Below, piece by piece: positions 22,401 to 37,400 of a stretch of 64,000 nt of DNA. Source of the stretch: Balanoglossus misakiensis (taxonomy: Eukaryota > Animalia > Hemichordata); assembly GCA_040954595.2 (NCBI GenBank), contig CM082591.2, positions 9,999,309-10,063,308 on the forward strand. Direction: 5' to 3'. The notes under the pieces are model-generated. The model made no database searches. It was not told the DNA's origin and was given only the letters and a program-made list of their open reading frames with translations. Position 1 is the stretch's first letter; every line of letters begins with the position of its first letter. Both the position numbers and the translations under genes were made by a program.

Positions 22401-25400
22401 TATCGTCTTCATGCCATGGTTTTTGCCTGCCTTGAAAGTTCTTGTCGTTGCAGAAGTGGTTTTGACAGAAAGAATTTAGTCTTCCGGGATGTTTGTGATT
22501 ATTTGAACACCAGACAATACAATGCAACCTTGACTTCCAAAATACTTACCGGCATTGCATTATCTTACCATGGTTAGGCCTACAGTGAACAAATGTTCAA
22601 CAATATTTTCTGAGTTACCGCTGATATTTGTTTTGTAGTATGGATATTAAATTATACATCCCGATACAAAACAGAATGTTATAGAATCCTTCCTGAGTGA
22701 TATTGAAAAAATTACCGGAATGCTACCGCCTAATCTATGGTTAGGGTTATTGCTATTATTTTATATCAGTAATCGACTTTGTGTATATCAATGTCATTTT
22801 CATAACGAAAATGAACTCGAGTCTAATGTAAACGTTACGAATTGATCGAAAGGCGCTCTGATGAATGTTAACACGAGTGCGCAGTGACAAGACATGCATC
22901 GTGCGTGACAGTGACAACAGTTCCTATAGAGCAGTTAAAAAATAAACCGGCCGTCCGTAAATTTATCAGCTATATTTTTTTTTATTTAGTCACGTTTTCC
23001 CTGTTGCATGCTATTAGTTCAGGGGCCAGTTTTAGCAGTGCTCTATTGAGTACTTTTGTATCGATGGATTGATCTCTCGTCCAATCAGAATGGCGGATGG
23101 TAGCATGATCCGACATATTGCGTATTACAATAGGGCTTCCTCATACAGGTCAGAACGGAGAGGTCATTCCTTTTATTTTAGGACGTCTCAGCTCCTTTGT
23201 CTTTTCTGTTATAGTGTTAAAGAAATCAAACGGTTTTGTTTTGGCCGGTAAACACCGATGGATTAACTCTTAAGTCCATCGTGCATCCAAACGCAGTCGA
23301 GTCGGTTTGGTCATTGTTTATGCGACAGTAAATGCCAAATGTGACAGAAGCATCATATTAAATGAGATAGAATACACAAACAAACAAACATACGAATAAA
23401 CAAACAGGCAAACAAACAAACAAACAACCATTAGGGACTGTTCAGAATTTACTTCCAAGTTGGGGATGGAGGATTTTTTATTTTCCTGGTGATTTTTTTC
23501 CATGGTCTCCCCTAGTAAATTGTGGAGGAAATATGTGGTCCCTCTTTAAATTTCCTGGGGATTTTCCATGGTCCCCCTATTGTGACTTTTATGTCTAGTC
23601 TCCCCTAATTTGTCTTGGAGAAAATGGGTGGTCCCCCCCTCTGAAAATTCTCCGCCCCCTGGAAGTATATTCTGAACAGTCCCTTATTAAAGCCAACAGC
23701 TAGCACCCTGGCTTCTCTGCCAGAGGAGCGATAACATCGACAAAATGCAGATACACAAGAAATGAGCACTTTATTCCACAAGTGAAGTAGTCTGTTCCCT
23801 GCCCCATTCCCACCGCTGGCTGCGCCCTTTAGCGTAGCGCCGATGGCAGTGGGAATGGGGCAGGGGACCAGACTACAAGTGAAGAACCCCAGTAACAGAC
23901 GTAACGAACAAACAAACTACATGTACTAACAACAAAGCAAGAAAAGTGTCAAGCGTCGTCAAAGAAAACGAAAAAGTTCTAGCATGGTTGGTAAAAGTTA
24001 TTGGTAGAAAACGAATAGGGCCTTCTACAAATGACGTCTCAGACCCGCAAACGCCACCAGAACACAAAACACATGCACAGAACAGTTTAAGCCGGTTGTT
24101 GTATGGAGCAGCAATAATCTGCGGTTGGGCCGTCGTAGATTAACGCTGGTGGTGAAAATAAATAAAACACGATCGATGTTCGATTTATTCCAGATCACAT
24201 GCGTTTACGGCCAGGAGAGAGCATAAAAGTCTTCAAATGACCATGTGGTGGCGCACTTTTTCCGGTTGGCTGTATTTCAATTTGTTCGTGGTAAATTAAT
24301 TTTGTGGAGGTGACCGGCACTGAAGCTCTTAGCTAGGATGAGGTGGGATGGAAAAATGCCCCATTTTAGCTGTTTTAAAATATACGACTATTTATAGACA
24401 AAAGGAAAATAAAACAAGCGCAAAAACATACCAAACCTAGTTTTATTAATTAAAAACAAAATTGCTGAGTAAAGGTTTTCATGTGGGCATTCACTTTGAA
24501 CTTGCTAAATTAATTTAAAGAGACAAAGTCGCTCTCTCTTTGTCCTTTTGCGATGATAGAATGCTTGCTTGAAGTCTCTCGTGCAATAAAACATGTCGAT
24601 TCATACATGTATGGATGGTGTATAGGTGGTCGGAATTTACATGTCTTTGCCACGACCAAACCAACAACACGTAAAATCAAAGTTTGGGTCATGAAATCGA
24701 GTTTTGTTACAGTCTAGAATTTCATGCCACCCCTTATGGTCATATTATTCTGGTAGGCAAAAGTGACAAGTAGTCAAGTTTCAACACAGGCAACATTTTT
24801 TACAAACAAACCACAAAGAAGACATCAAAAGGGAGAGAATTATAGAATGGTCAATGTGTGAAAAGTTAAGATACGTAAAGTGGCCGGGTTCAACATTAAC
24901 TCATCGACTTCATATCGTCTTCATGCCATGGTTTTTGCCTGCCCTGAAAGTTCTTGTCGTTGCAGAAGTGGTTTTGACAGAAAGAATTTAGTCTTCCGGT
25001 ATGTTTGTGATTATTTGAACACCAGACAATACAATGCAACCTTGACTTCCAAAATACTTACCGGCATTGCATTATCTTACCATGGTTAGGCCTACAGTGA
25101 ACAAATTTTCAACAATATTTTCTGAGTTACCGCTGATATTTGTTTTGTAGTATGGATATTAAATTATACATCCCGATACAAAGCAGAATGTTATAGACTC
25201 CTTCCTGAGTGATATTGAAAAAATTACCGGAATGCTACCGCCTAATCTATGGTTAGGGTTATTGCTATTATTTTATATCAGTAATCGACTTTGTGTATAT
25301 CAATGTCATTTTCATAACGAAAATGAACTCGAGTCTAATGTAAACGTTACGAATTGATCGAAAGGCGCTCTGATGAATGTTAACACGAGTGCGCAGTGAC

Positions 25401-28400
25401 AAGACATGCATCGTGCATGACAGTGACAACAGTTCCTATAGAGCAGTTAAAAAATAAACCGGCCGTCCGTAAATTTATCAGCTATATTTTTTTTTATTTA
25501 GTCACGTTTTCCCTGTTGCATGCTATTAGTTCAGGGGCCAGTTTTAGCAGTGCTCTATTGAGTACTTTCGTATCGATGGATTGATCTCTCGTCCAATCAG
25601 AATGGCGGATGGTAGCATGATCCGACATATTGCGTATTACAATAGGGCTTCCTCATACAGGTCAGAACGGAGAGGTCATTCCTTTTATTTTAGGACGTCT
25701 CAGCTCCTTTGTCTTTTCTGTTATAGTGTTAAAGAAATCAAACGGTTTTGTTTTGGCCGGTAAACACCGATGGATTAACTCTTTAGTCCATCGTGCATCC
25801 AAACGCAGTCGAGTCGGTTTGGTCATTGTTTATGCGACAGTAAATGCCAAATGTGACAGAAGCATCATATTAAATGAGATAGAATACACAAACAAACAAA
25901 CATACGAATAAACAAACAGGCAAACAAACAAACAAACAACCATTAGGGACTGTTTAGAATTTACTTCCAAGTTGGGGATGGAGGATTTTTTATTTTCCTG
26001 GTGATTTTTTTCTATGGTCTCCCCTAGTAAATTGTGGAGGAAATATGTGGACCCTCCTTAAATTTCCTGGGGATTTTCCATGGTCCCCCTATTGTGACTT
26101 TTATGTCTAGTCTCCCCTAATTTGTCTTGGAGAAAATGGGTGGTCCCCCCCCCCCTCTGAAAATTCTCCGCCCCCTGGAAGTAAATTCTGAACAGTCCCT
26201 TATTAAAGCCAACAGCTAGCACCCTGGCTTCTCTGCCAGAGGAGCGATAACATCGACAAAATGCAGATACACAAGAAATGAGCACTTTATTCCACAAGTG
26301 AAGTAGTCTGTTCCCTGCCCCATTCCCACCGCTGGCTGCGCCCTTTAGCGTAGCGCCGATGGCAGTGGGAATGGGGCAGGGGACCAGACTACAAGTGAAG
26401 AACCCCAGTAACAGACGTAACGAACAAACAAACTACATGTACTAACAACAAAGCAAGAAAAGTGTCAAGCGTCGTCAAAGAAAACGAAAAAGTTCTAGCA
26501 TGGTTGGTAAAAGTTATTGGTAGAAAACGAATAGGGCCTTCTACAAATGACGTCTCAGACCCGCAAACGCCACCAGAACACAAAACACATGCACAGAACA
26601 GTTTAAGCCGGTTGTTGTATGGAGCAGCAATAATCTGCGGTTGGGCCGTCGTAGATTTTCGCTGGTGGTGAAAATAAATAAAACACGATCGATGTTCGAT
26701 TTATTCCAGATCACATGCGTTTACGGCCAGGAGAGAGCATAAAAGTCTTCAAATGACCATGTGGTGGCGCACTTTTTCCGATTGGCTGTATTTCAATTTG
26801 TTCGTGGTAAATTAATTTTGTGGAGGTGACCGGCACTGAAGCTCTTAGCTAGGATGAGGTGGGATGGAAAAATGCCCCATTTTAGCTGTTTTAAAATATA
26901 CGACTATTTATAGACAAAAGGAAAATAAAACAAGCGCAAAAACATACCAAACCTAGTTTTATTAATTAAAAACAAAATTGCTGAGTAAAGGTTTTCATGT
27001 GGGCATTCACTTTGAACTTGCTAAATTAATTTAAAGAGACAAAGTCGCTCTCTCTTTGTCCTTTTGCGATGATAGAATGCTTGCTTGAAGTCTCTCGTGC
27101 AATAAATGATGTCGATTCATACATGTATGGATGGTGTATAGGTGGTCGGAATTTACATGTCTTTGCCACGACCAAACCAACAACACGTAAAATCAAAGTT
27201 TGGGTCATGAAATCGAGTTTTGTTACAGTCTAGAATTTCATGCCACCCCTTATGGTCATATTATTCTTGGTAGGCAAAAGTGACAAGTAGTCAAGTTTCA
27301 ACACAGGCAACATTTTTTACAAACAAACCACAAAGAAGACATCAAAAGGGAGAGAATTATAGAATGGTCAATGTGTGAAAAGTTAAGATACGTAAAGTGG
27401 CCGGGTTCAACATTAACTCATCGACTTCATATCGTCTTCATGCCATGGTTTTTGCCTGCCCTGAAAGTTCTTGTCGTTGCAGAAGTGGTTTTGACAGAAA
27501 GAATTTAGTCTTCCGGTATGTTTGTGATTATTTGAACACCAGACAATACAATGCAACCTTGACTTCCAAAATACTTACCGGCATTGCATTATCTTACCAT
27601 GGTTAGGCCTACAGTGAACAAATTTTCAACAATATTTTCTGAGTTACCGCTGATATTTGTTTTGTAGTATGGATATTAAATTATACATCCCGATACAAAG
27701 CAGAATGTTATAGACTCCTTCCTGAGTGATATTGAAAAAATTACCGGAATGCTACCGCCTAATCTATGGTTAGGGTTATTGCTATTATTTTATATCAGTA
27801 ATCGACTTTGTGTATATCAATGTCATTTTCATAACGAAAATGAACTCGAGTCTAATGTAAACGTTACGAATTGATCGAAAGGCGCTCTGATGAATGTTAA
27901 CACGAGTGCGCAGTGACAAGACATGCATCGTGCATGACAGTGACAACAGTTCCTATAGAGCAGTTAAAAAATAAACCGGCCGTCCGTAAATTTATCAGCT
28001 ATATTTTTTTTTATTTAGTCACGTTTTCCCTGTTGCATGCTATTAGTTCAGGGGCCAGTTTTAGCAGTGCTCTATTGAGTACTTTCGTATCGATGGATTG
28101 ATCTCTCGTCCAATCAGAATGGCGGATGGTAGCATGATCCGACATATTGCGTATTACAATAGGGCTTCCTCATACAGGTCAGAACGGAGAGGTCATTCCT
28201 TTTATTTTAGGACGTCTCAGCTCCTTTGTCTTTTCTGTTATAGTGTTAAAGAAATCAAACGGTTTTGTTTTGGCCGGTAAACACCGATGGATTAACTCTT
28301 TAGTCCATCGTGCATCCAAACGCAGTCGAGTCGGTTTGGTCATTGTTTATGCGACAGTAAATGCCAAATGTGACAGAAGCATCATATTAAATGAGATAGA

Positions 28401-31400
28401 ATACACAAACAAACAAACATACGAATAAACAAACAGGCAAACAAACAAACAAACAACCATTAGGGACTGTTTAGAATTTACTTCCAAGTTGGGGATGGAG
28501 GATTTTTTATTTTCCTGGTGATTTTTTTCTATGGTCTCCCCTAGTAAATTGTGGAGGAAATATGTGGACCCTCCTTAAATTTCCTGGGGATTTTCCATGG
28601 TCCCCCTATTGTGACTTTTATGTCTAGTCTCCCCTAATTTGTCTTGGAGAAAATGGGTGGTCCCCCCCCCCTCTGAAAATTCTCCGCCCCCTGGAAGTAA
28701 ATTCTGAACAGTCCCTTATTAAAGCCAACAGCTAGCACCCTGGCTTCTCTGCCAGAGGAGCGATAACATCGACAAAATGCAGATACACAAGAAATGAGCA
28801 CTTTATTCCACAAGTGAAGTAGTCTGTTCCCTGCCCCATTCCCACCGCTGGCTGCGCCCTTTAGCGTAGCGCCGATGGCAGTGGGAATGGGGCAGGGGAC
28901 CAGACTACAAGTGAAGAACCCCAGTAACAGACGTAACGAACAAACAAACTACATGTACTAACAACAAAGCAAGAAAAGTGTCAAGCGTCGTCAAAGAAAA
29001 CGAAAAAGTTCTAGCATGGTTGGTAAAAGTTATTGGTAGAAAACGAATAGGGCCTTCTACAAATGACGTCTCAGACCCGCAAACGCCACCAGAACACAAA
29101 ACACATGCACAGAACAGTTTAAGCCGGTTGTTGTATGGAGCAGCAATAATCTGCGGTTGGGCCGTCGTAGATTTTCGCTGGTGGTGAAAATAAATAAAAC
29201 ACGATCGATGTTCGATTTATTCCAGATCACATGCGTTTACGGCCAGGAGAGAGCATAAAAGTCTTCAAATGACCATGTGGTGGCGCACTTTTTCCGATTG
29301 GCTGTATTTCAATTTGTTCGTGGTAAATTAATTTTGTGGAGGTGACCGGCACTGAAGCTCTTAGCTAGGATGAGGTGGGATGGAAAAATGCCCCATTTTA
29401 GCTGTTTTAAAATATACGACTATTTATAGACAAAAGGAAAATAAAACAAGCGCAAAAACATACCAAACCTAGTTTTATTAATTAAAAACAAAATTGCTGA
29501 GTAAAGGTTTTCATGTGGGCATTCACTTTGAACTTGCTAAATTAATTTAAAGAGACAAAGTCGCTCTCTCTTTGTCCTTTTGCGATGATAGAATGCTTGC
29601 TTGAAGTCTCTCGTGCAATAAATGATGTCGATTCATACATGTATGGATGGTGTATAGGTGGTCGGAATTTACATGTCTTTGCCACGACCAAACCAACAAC
29701 ACGTAAAATCAAAGTTTGGGTCATGAAATCGAGTTTTGTTACAGTCTAGAATTTCATGCCACCCCTTATGGTCATATTATTCTTGGTAGGCAAAAGTGAC
29801 AAGTAGTCAAGTTTCAACACAGGCAACATTTTTTACAAACAAACCACAAAGAAGACATCAAAAGGGAGAGAATTATAGAATGGTCAATGTGTGAAAAGTT
29901 AAGATACGTAAAGTGGCCGGGTTCAACATTAACTCATCGACTTCATATCGTCTTCATGCCATGGTTTTTGCCTGCCTTGAAAGTTCTTGTCGTTGCAGAA
30001 GTGGTTTTGACAGAAAGAATTTAGTCTTCCGGGATGTTTGTGATTATTTGAACACCAGACAATACAATGCAACCTTGACTTCCAAAATACTTACCGGCAT
30101 TGCATTATCTTACCATGGTTAGGCCTACAGTGAACAAATTTTCAACAATATTTTCTGAGTTACCGCTGATATTTGTTTTGTAGTATGGATATTAAATTAT
30201 ACATCCCGATACAAAACAGAATGTTATAGAATCCTTCCTGAGTGATATTGAAAAAATTACCGGAATGCTACCGCCTAATCTATGGTTAGGGTTATTGCTA
30301 TTATTTTATATCAGTAATCGACTTTGTGTATATCAATGTCATTTTCATAACGAAAATGAACTCGAGTCTAATGTAAACGTTACGAATTGATCGAAAGGCG
30401 CTCTGATGAATGTTAACACGAGTGCGCAGTGACAAGACATGCATCGTGCGTGACAGTGACAACAGTTCCTATAGAGCAGTTAAAAAATAAACCGGCCGTC
30501 CGTAAATTTATCAGCTATATTTTTTTTTATTTAGTCACGTTTTCCCTGTTGCATGCTATTAGTTCAGGGGCCAGTTTTAGCAGTGCTCTATTGAGTACTT
30601 TTGTATCGATGGATTGATCTCTCGTCCAATCAGAATGGCGGATGGTAGCATGATCCGACATATTGCGTATTACAATAGGGCTTCCTCATACAGGTCAGAA
30701 CGGAGAGGTCATTCCTTTTATTTTAGGACGTCTCAGCTCCTTTGTCTTTTCTGTTATAGTGTTAAAGAAATCAAACGGTTTTGTTTTGGCCGGTAAACAC
30801 CGATGGATTAACTCTTAAGTCCATCGTGCATCCAAACGCAGTCGAGTCGGTTTGGTCATTGTTTATGCGACAGTAAATGCCAAATGTGACAGAAGCATCA
30901 TATTAAATGAGATAGAATACACAAACAAACAAACATACGAATAAACAAACAGGCAAACAAACAAACAAACAACCATTAGGGACTGTTCAGAATTTACTTC
31001 CAAGTTGGGGATGGAGGATTTTTTATTTTCCTGGTGATTTATTTCCATGGTCTCCCCTAGTAAATTGTGGAGGAAATATGTGGTCCCTCCTTAAATTTCC
31101 TGGGGATTTTCCATGGTCCCCCTATTGTGACTTTTATGTCTAGTCTCCCCTAATTTGTCTTGGAGAAAATGGGTGGTCCCCCCCCCTCTGAAAATTCTCC
31201 GCCCCCTGGAAGTAAATTCTGAACAGTCCCTTATTAAAGCCAACAGCTAGCACCCTGGCTTCTCTGCCAGAGGAGCGATAACATCGACAAAATGCAGATA
31301 CACAAGAAATGAGCACTTTATTCCACAAGCGAAGTAGTCTGTTCCCTGCCCCATTCCCACCGCTGGCTGCGCCCTTTAGCGTAGCGCCGATGGCAGTGGG

Positions 31401-34400
31401 AATGGGGCAGGGGACCAGACTACAAGTGAAGAACCCCAGTAACAGACGTAACGAACAAACAAACTACATGTACTAACAACAAAGCAAGAAAAGTGTCAAG
31501 CGTCGTCAAAGAAAACGAAAAAGTTCTAGCATGGTTGGTAAAAGTTATTGGTAGAAAACGAATAGGGCCTTCTACAAATGACGTCTCAGACCCGCAAACG
31601 CCACCAGAACACAAAACACATGCACAGAACAGTTTAAGCCGGTTGTTGTATGGAGCAGCAATAATCTGCGGTTGGGCCGTCGTAGATTTTCGCTGGTGGT
31701 GAAAATAAATAAAACACGATCGATGTTCGATTTATTCCAGATCACATGCGTTTACGGCCAGGAGAGAGCATAAAAGTCTTCAAATGACCATGTGGTGGCG
31801 CACTTTTTCCGATTGGCTGTATTTCAATTTGTTCGTGGTAAATTAATTTTGTGGAGGTGACCGGCACTGAAGCTCTTAGCTAGGATGAGGTGGGATGGAA
31901 AAATGCCCCATTTTAGCTGTTTTAAAATATACGACTATTTATAGACAAAAGGAAAATAAAACAAGCGCAAAAACATACCAAACCTAGTTTTATTAATTAA
32001 AAACAAAATTGCTGAGTAAAGGTTTTCATGTGGGCATTCACTTTGAACTTGCTAAATTAATTTAAAGAGACAAAGTCGCTCTCTCTTTGTCCTTTTGCGA
32101 TGATAGAATGCTTGCTTGAAGTCTCTCGTGCAATAAATGATGTCGATTCATACATGTATGGATGGTGTATAGGTGGTCGGAATTTACATGTCTTTGCCAC
32201 GACCAAACCAACAACACGTAAAATCAAAATTTGGGTCATGAAATCGAGTTTTGTTACAGTCTAGAATTTCATGCCACCCCTTATGGTCATATTATTCTTG
32301 GTAGGCAAAAGTGACAAGTAGTCAAGTTTCAACACAGGCAACATTTTTTACAAACAAACCACAAAGAAGACATCAAAAGGGAGAGAATTATAGAATGGTC
32401 AATGTGTGAAAAGTTAAGATACGTAAAGTGGCCGGGTTCAACATTAACTCATCGACTTCATATCGTCTTCATGCCATGGTTTTTGCCTGCCCTGAAAGTT
32501 CTTGTCGTTGCAGAAGTGGTTTTGACAGAAAGAATTTAGTCTTCCGGTATGTTTGTGATTATTTGAACACCAGACAATACAATGCAACCTTGACTTCCAA
32601 AATACTTACCGGCATTGCATTATCTTACCATGGTTAGGCCTACAGTGAACAAATTTTCAACAATATTTTCTGAGTTACCGCTGATATTTGTTTTGTAGTA
32701 TGGATATTAAATTATACATCCCGATACAAAGCAGAATGTTATAGACTCCTTCCTGAGTGATATTGAAAAAATTACCGGAATGCTACCGCCTAATCTATGG
32801 TTAGGGTTATTGCTATTATTTTATATCAGTAATCGACTTTGTGTATATCAATGTCATTTTCATAACGAAAATGAACTCGAGTCTAATGTAAACGTTACGA
32901 ATTGATCGAAAGGCGCTCTGATGAATGTTAACACGAGTGCGCAGTGACAAGACATGCATCGTGCATGACAGTGACAACAGTTCCTATAGAGCAGTTAAAA
33001 AATAAACCGGCCGTCCGTAAATTTATCAGCTATATTTTTTTTTATTTAGTCACGTTTTCCCTGTTGCATGCTATTAGTTCAGGGGCCAGTTTTAGCAGTG
33101 CTCTATTGAGTACTTTCGTATCGATGGATTGATCTCTCGTCCAATCAGAATGGCGGATGGTAGCATGATCCGACATATTGCGTATTACAATAGGGCTTCC
33201 TCATACAGGTCAGAACGGAGAGGTCATTCCTTTTATTTTAGGACGTCTCAGCTCCTTTGTCTTTTCTGTTATAGTGTTAAAGAAATCAAACGGTTTTGTT
33301 TTGGCCGGTAAACACCGATGGATTAACTCTTAAGTCCATCGTGCATCCAAACGCAGTCGAGTCGGTTTGGTCATTGTTTATGCGACAGTAAATGCCAAAT
33401 GTGACAGAAGCATCATATTAAATGAGATAGAATACACAAACAAACAAACATACGAATAAACAAACAGGCAAACAAACAAACAAACAAACAACCATTAGGG
33501 ACTGTTCAGAATTTACTTCCAAGTTGGGGATGGAGGATTTTTTATTTTCCTGGTGATTTTTTTCCATGGTCTCCCCTAGTAAATTGTGGAGGAAATATGT
33601 GGTCCCTCCTTAAATTTCCTGGGGATTTTCCATGGTCCCCCTATTGTGACTTTTATGTCTAGTCTCCCCTAATTTGTCTTGGAGAAAATGGGTGGTCCCC
33701 CCCCTCTGAAAATTCTCCGCCCCCTGGAAGTAAATTCTGAACAGTCCCTTATTAAAGCCAACAGCTAGCACCCTGGCTTCTCTGCCAGAGGAGCGATAAC
33801 ATCGACAAAATGCAGATACACAAGAAATGAGCACTTTATTCCACAAGTGAAGTAGTCTGTTCCCTGTCCCATTCCCACCGCTGGCTGCGCCCTTTAGCGT
33901 AGCGCCGATGGCAGTGGGAATGGGGCAGGGGACCAGACTACAAGTGAAGAACCCCAGTAACAGACGTAACGAACAAACAAACTACATGTACTAACAACAA
34001 AGCAAGAAAAGTGTCAAGCGTCGTCAAAGAAAACGAAAAAGTTCTAGCATGGTTGGTAAAAGTTATTGGTAGAAAACGAATAGGGCCTTCTACAAATGAC
34101 GTCTCAGACCCACAAACGCCACCAGAACACAAAACACATGCACAGAACAGTTTAAGCCGGTTGTTGTATGGAGCAGCAATAATCTGCGGTTGGGCCGTCG
34201 TAGATTTTCGCTGGTGGTGAAAATAAATAAAACACGATCGATGTTCGATTTATTCCAGATCACATGCGTTTACGGCCAGGAGAGAGCATAAAAGTCTTCA
34301 AATGACCATGTGGTGGCGCACTTTTTCCGATTGGCTGTATTTCAATTGTTCGTGGTAAATTAATTTTGTGGAGGTGACCGGCACTGAAGCTCTTAGCTAG

Positions 34401-37400
34401 GATGAGGTGGGATGGAAAAATGCCCCATTTTAGCTGTTTTAAAATATACGACTATTTATAGACAAAAGGAAAATAAAACAAGCGCAAAAACATACCAAAC
34501 CTAGTTTTATTAATTAAAAACAAAATTGCTGAGTAAAGGTTTTCATGTGGGCATTCACTTTGAACTTGCTAAATTAATTTAAAGAGACAAAGTCGAATTT
34601 ACATGTCTTCGCCATGACCAAACCAACAACACGTAAAATCAAAGTTTGGGTCATAAAATCGAGTTTGGTTACAGTCTAGAATTTCATGCCACCCCTTATG
34701 GTCATATTATTCTTGGTAGGCAAAAGTGACAAGTAGTCAAGTTTCAACACAGGCAACATTTTTTACAAACAAACCACAAAGAAGACATCAAAAGGGAGAG
34801 AATTATAGAATGGTCAATGTGTGAAAAGTTAAGATACGTAAAGTGGCCTGGTTCAACATTAACTCATCGACTTCATATCGTCTTCATGCCATGGTTTTTG
34901 CCTGCCCTGAAAGTTCTTGTCGTTGCAGAAGTGGTTTTGACAGAAAGAATTTAGTCTTCCGGGATGTTTGTGATTATTTGAACACCAGACAATACAATGC
35001 AACCTTGACTTCCAAAATACTTACCGGCATTGCATTATCTTACCATGGTTAGGCCTACAGTGAACACATTTTCAACAATATTTTCTGAGATACCGCTGAT
35101 ATTTGTTTTGTAGTATGGATATTAAATTATACATCCCGATACAAAACAGAATGTTATAGAATCCTTCCTGAGTGATATTGAAAAAATTACCGGAATGCTA
35201 CCGCCTAATCTATGGTTAGGGTTATTGCTATTATTTTATATCAGTAATCGACTTTGTGTATATCAATGTCATTTTCATAACGAAAATGAACTCGAGTCTA
35301 ATGTAAACGTTACGAATTGATCGAAAGGCGCTCTGATGAATGTTAACACGAGTGCGCAGTGACAAGACATGCATCGTGCATGACAGTGACAACAGTTCCT
35401 ATAGAGCAGTTAAAAAATAAACCGGCCGTCCGTAAATTTATCAGCTATATTTTTTTTTATTTAGTCACGTTTTCCCTGTTGCATGCTATTAGTTCAGGGG
35501 CCAGTTTTAGCAGTGCTCTATTGAGTACTTTCGTATCGATGGATTGATCTCTCGTCCAATCAGAATGGCGGATGGTAGCATGATCCGACATATTGCGTAT
35601 TACAATAGGGCTTCCTCATACAGGTCAGAACGGAGAGGTCATTCCTTTTATTTTAGGACGTCTCAGCTCCTTTGTCTTTTCTGTTATAGTGTTAAAGAAA
35701 TCAAACGGTTTTGTTTTGGCCGGTAAACACCGATGGATTAACTCTTAAGTCCATCGTGCATCCAAACGCAGTCGAGTCGGTTTGGTCATTGTTTATGCGA
35801 CAGTAAATGCCAAATGTGACAGAAGCATCATATTAAATGAGATAGAATACACAAACAAACAAACATACGAATAAACAAACAGGCAAACAAACAAACAACC
35901 ATTAGGGACTGTTCAGAATTTACTTCCAAGTTGGGGATGGAGGATTTTTTATTTTCCTGGTGATTTTTTTCCATGGTCTCCCCTAGTAAATTGTGGAGGA
36001 AATATGTGGTCCCTCCTTAAATTTCCTTGGGATTTTCCATGGTCCCCCTATTGTGACTTTTATGTCTAGTCTCCCCTAATTTGTCTTGGAGAAAATGGGT
36101 GGTCCCCCCCCCCCTCTGAAAATTCTCCGCCCCCTGGAAGTAAATTCTGAACAGTCCCTTATTAAAGCCAACAGCTAGCACCCTGGCTTCTCTGCCAGAG
36201 GAGCGATAACATCGACAAAATGCAGATACACAAGAAATGAGCACTTTATTCCACAAGTGAAGTAGTCTGTTCCCTGCCCCATTCCCACCGCTGGCTGCGC
36301 CCTTTAGCGTAGCGCCGATGGCAGTGGGAATGGGGCAGGGGACCAGACTACAAGTGAAGAACCCCAGTAACAGACGTAGCGAACAAACAAACTACATGTA
36401 CTAACAACAAAGCAAGAAAAGTGTCAAGCGTCGTCAAAGAAAACGAAAAAGTTCTAGCATGGTTGGTAAAAGTTATTGGTAGAAAACGAATAGGGCCTTC
36501 TACAAATGACGTCTCAGACCCGCAAACGCCACCAGAACACAAAACACATGCACAGAACAGTTTAAGCCGGTTGTTGTATGGAGCAGCAATAATCTGCGGT
36601 TGGGCCGTCGTAGATTTTCGCTGGTGGTGAAAATAAATAAAACACGATCGATGTTCGATTTATTCCAGATCACATGCGTTTACGGCCAGGAGAGAGCATA
36701 AAAGTCTTCAAATGACCATGTGGTGGCGCACTTTTTCCGATTGGCTGTATTTCAATTTGTTCGTGGTAAATTAATTTTGTGGAGGTGACCGGCACTGAAG
36801 CTCTTAGCTAGGATGAGGTGGGATGGAAAAATGCCCCATTTTAGCTGTTTTAAAATATACGACTATTTATAGACAAAAGGAAAATAAAACAAGCGCAAAA
36901 GCATACCAAACCTAGTTTTATTAATTAAAAACAAAATTGCTGAGTAAAGGTTTTCATGTGGGCATTCACTTTGAACTTGCTAAATTAATTTAAAGAGACA
37001 AAGTCGCTCTCTCTTTGTCCTTTTGCGATGATAGAATGCTTGCTTGAAGTCTCTCGTGCAATAAATGATGTCGATTCATACATGTATGGATGGTGTATAG
37101 GTGGTCGGAATTTACATGTCTTCGCCACGACCAAACCAACAACACGTAAAATCAAAGTTTGGGTCATGAAATCGAGTTTTGTTACAGTCTAGAATTTCAT
37201 GCCACCACTTATGGTCATATTATTCTTGGTAGGCAAAAGTGACAAGTAGTCAAGTTTCAACACATGCAACATTTTTTACAAACAAACAACAAAGAAGACA
37301 TCAAAAGGGAGAGAATTATAGAATGGTCAATGTGTGAAAAGTTAAGATACGTAAAGTGGCCGGGTTCAACATTAGCTCATCGACTTCATATCGTCTTCAT

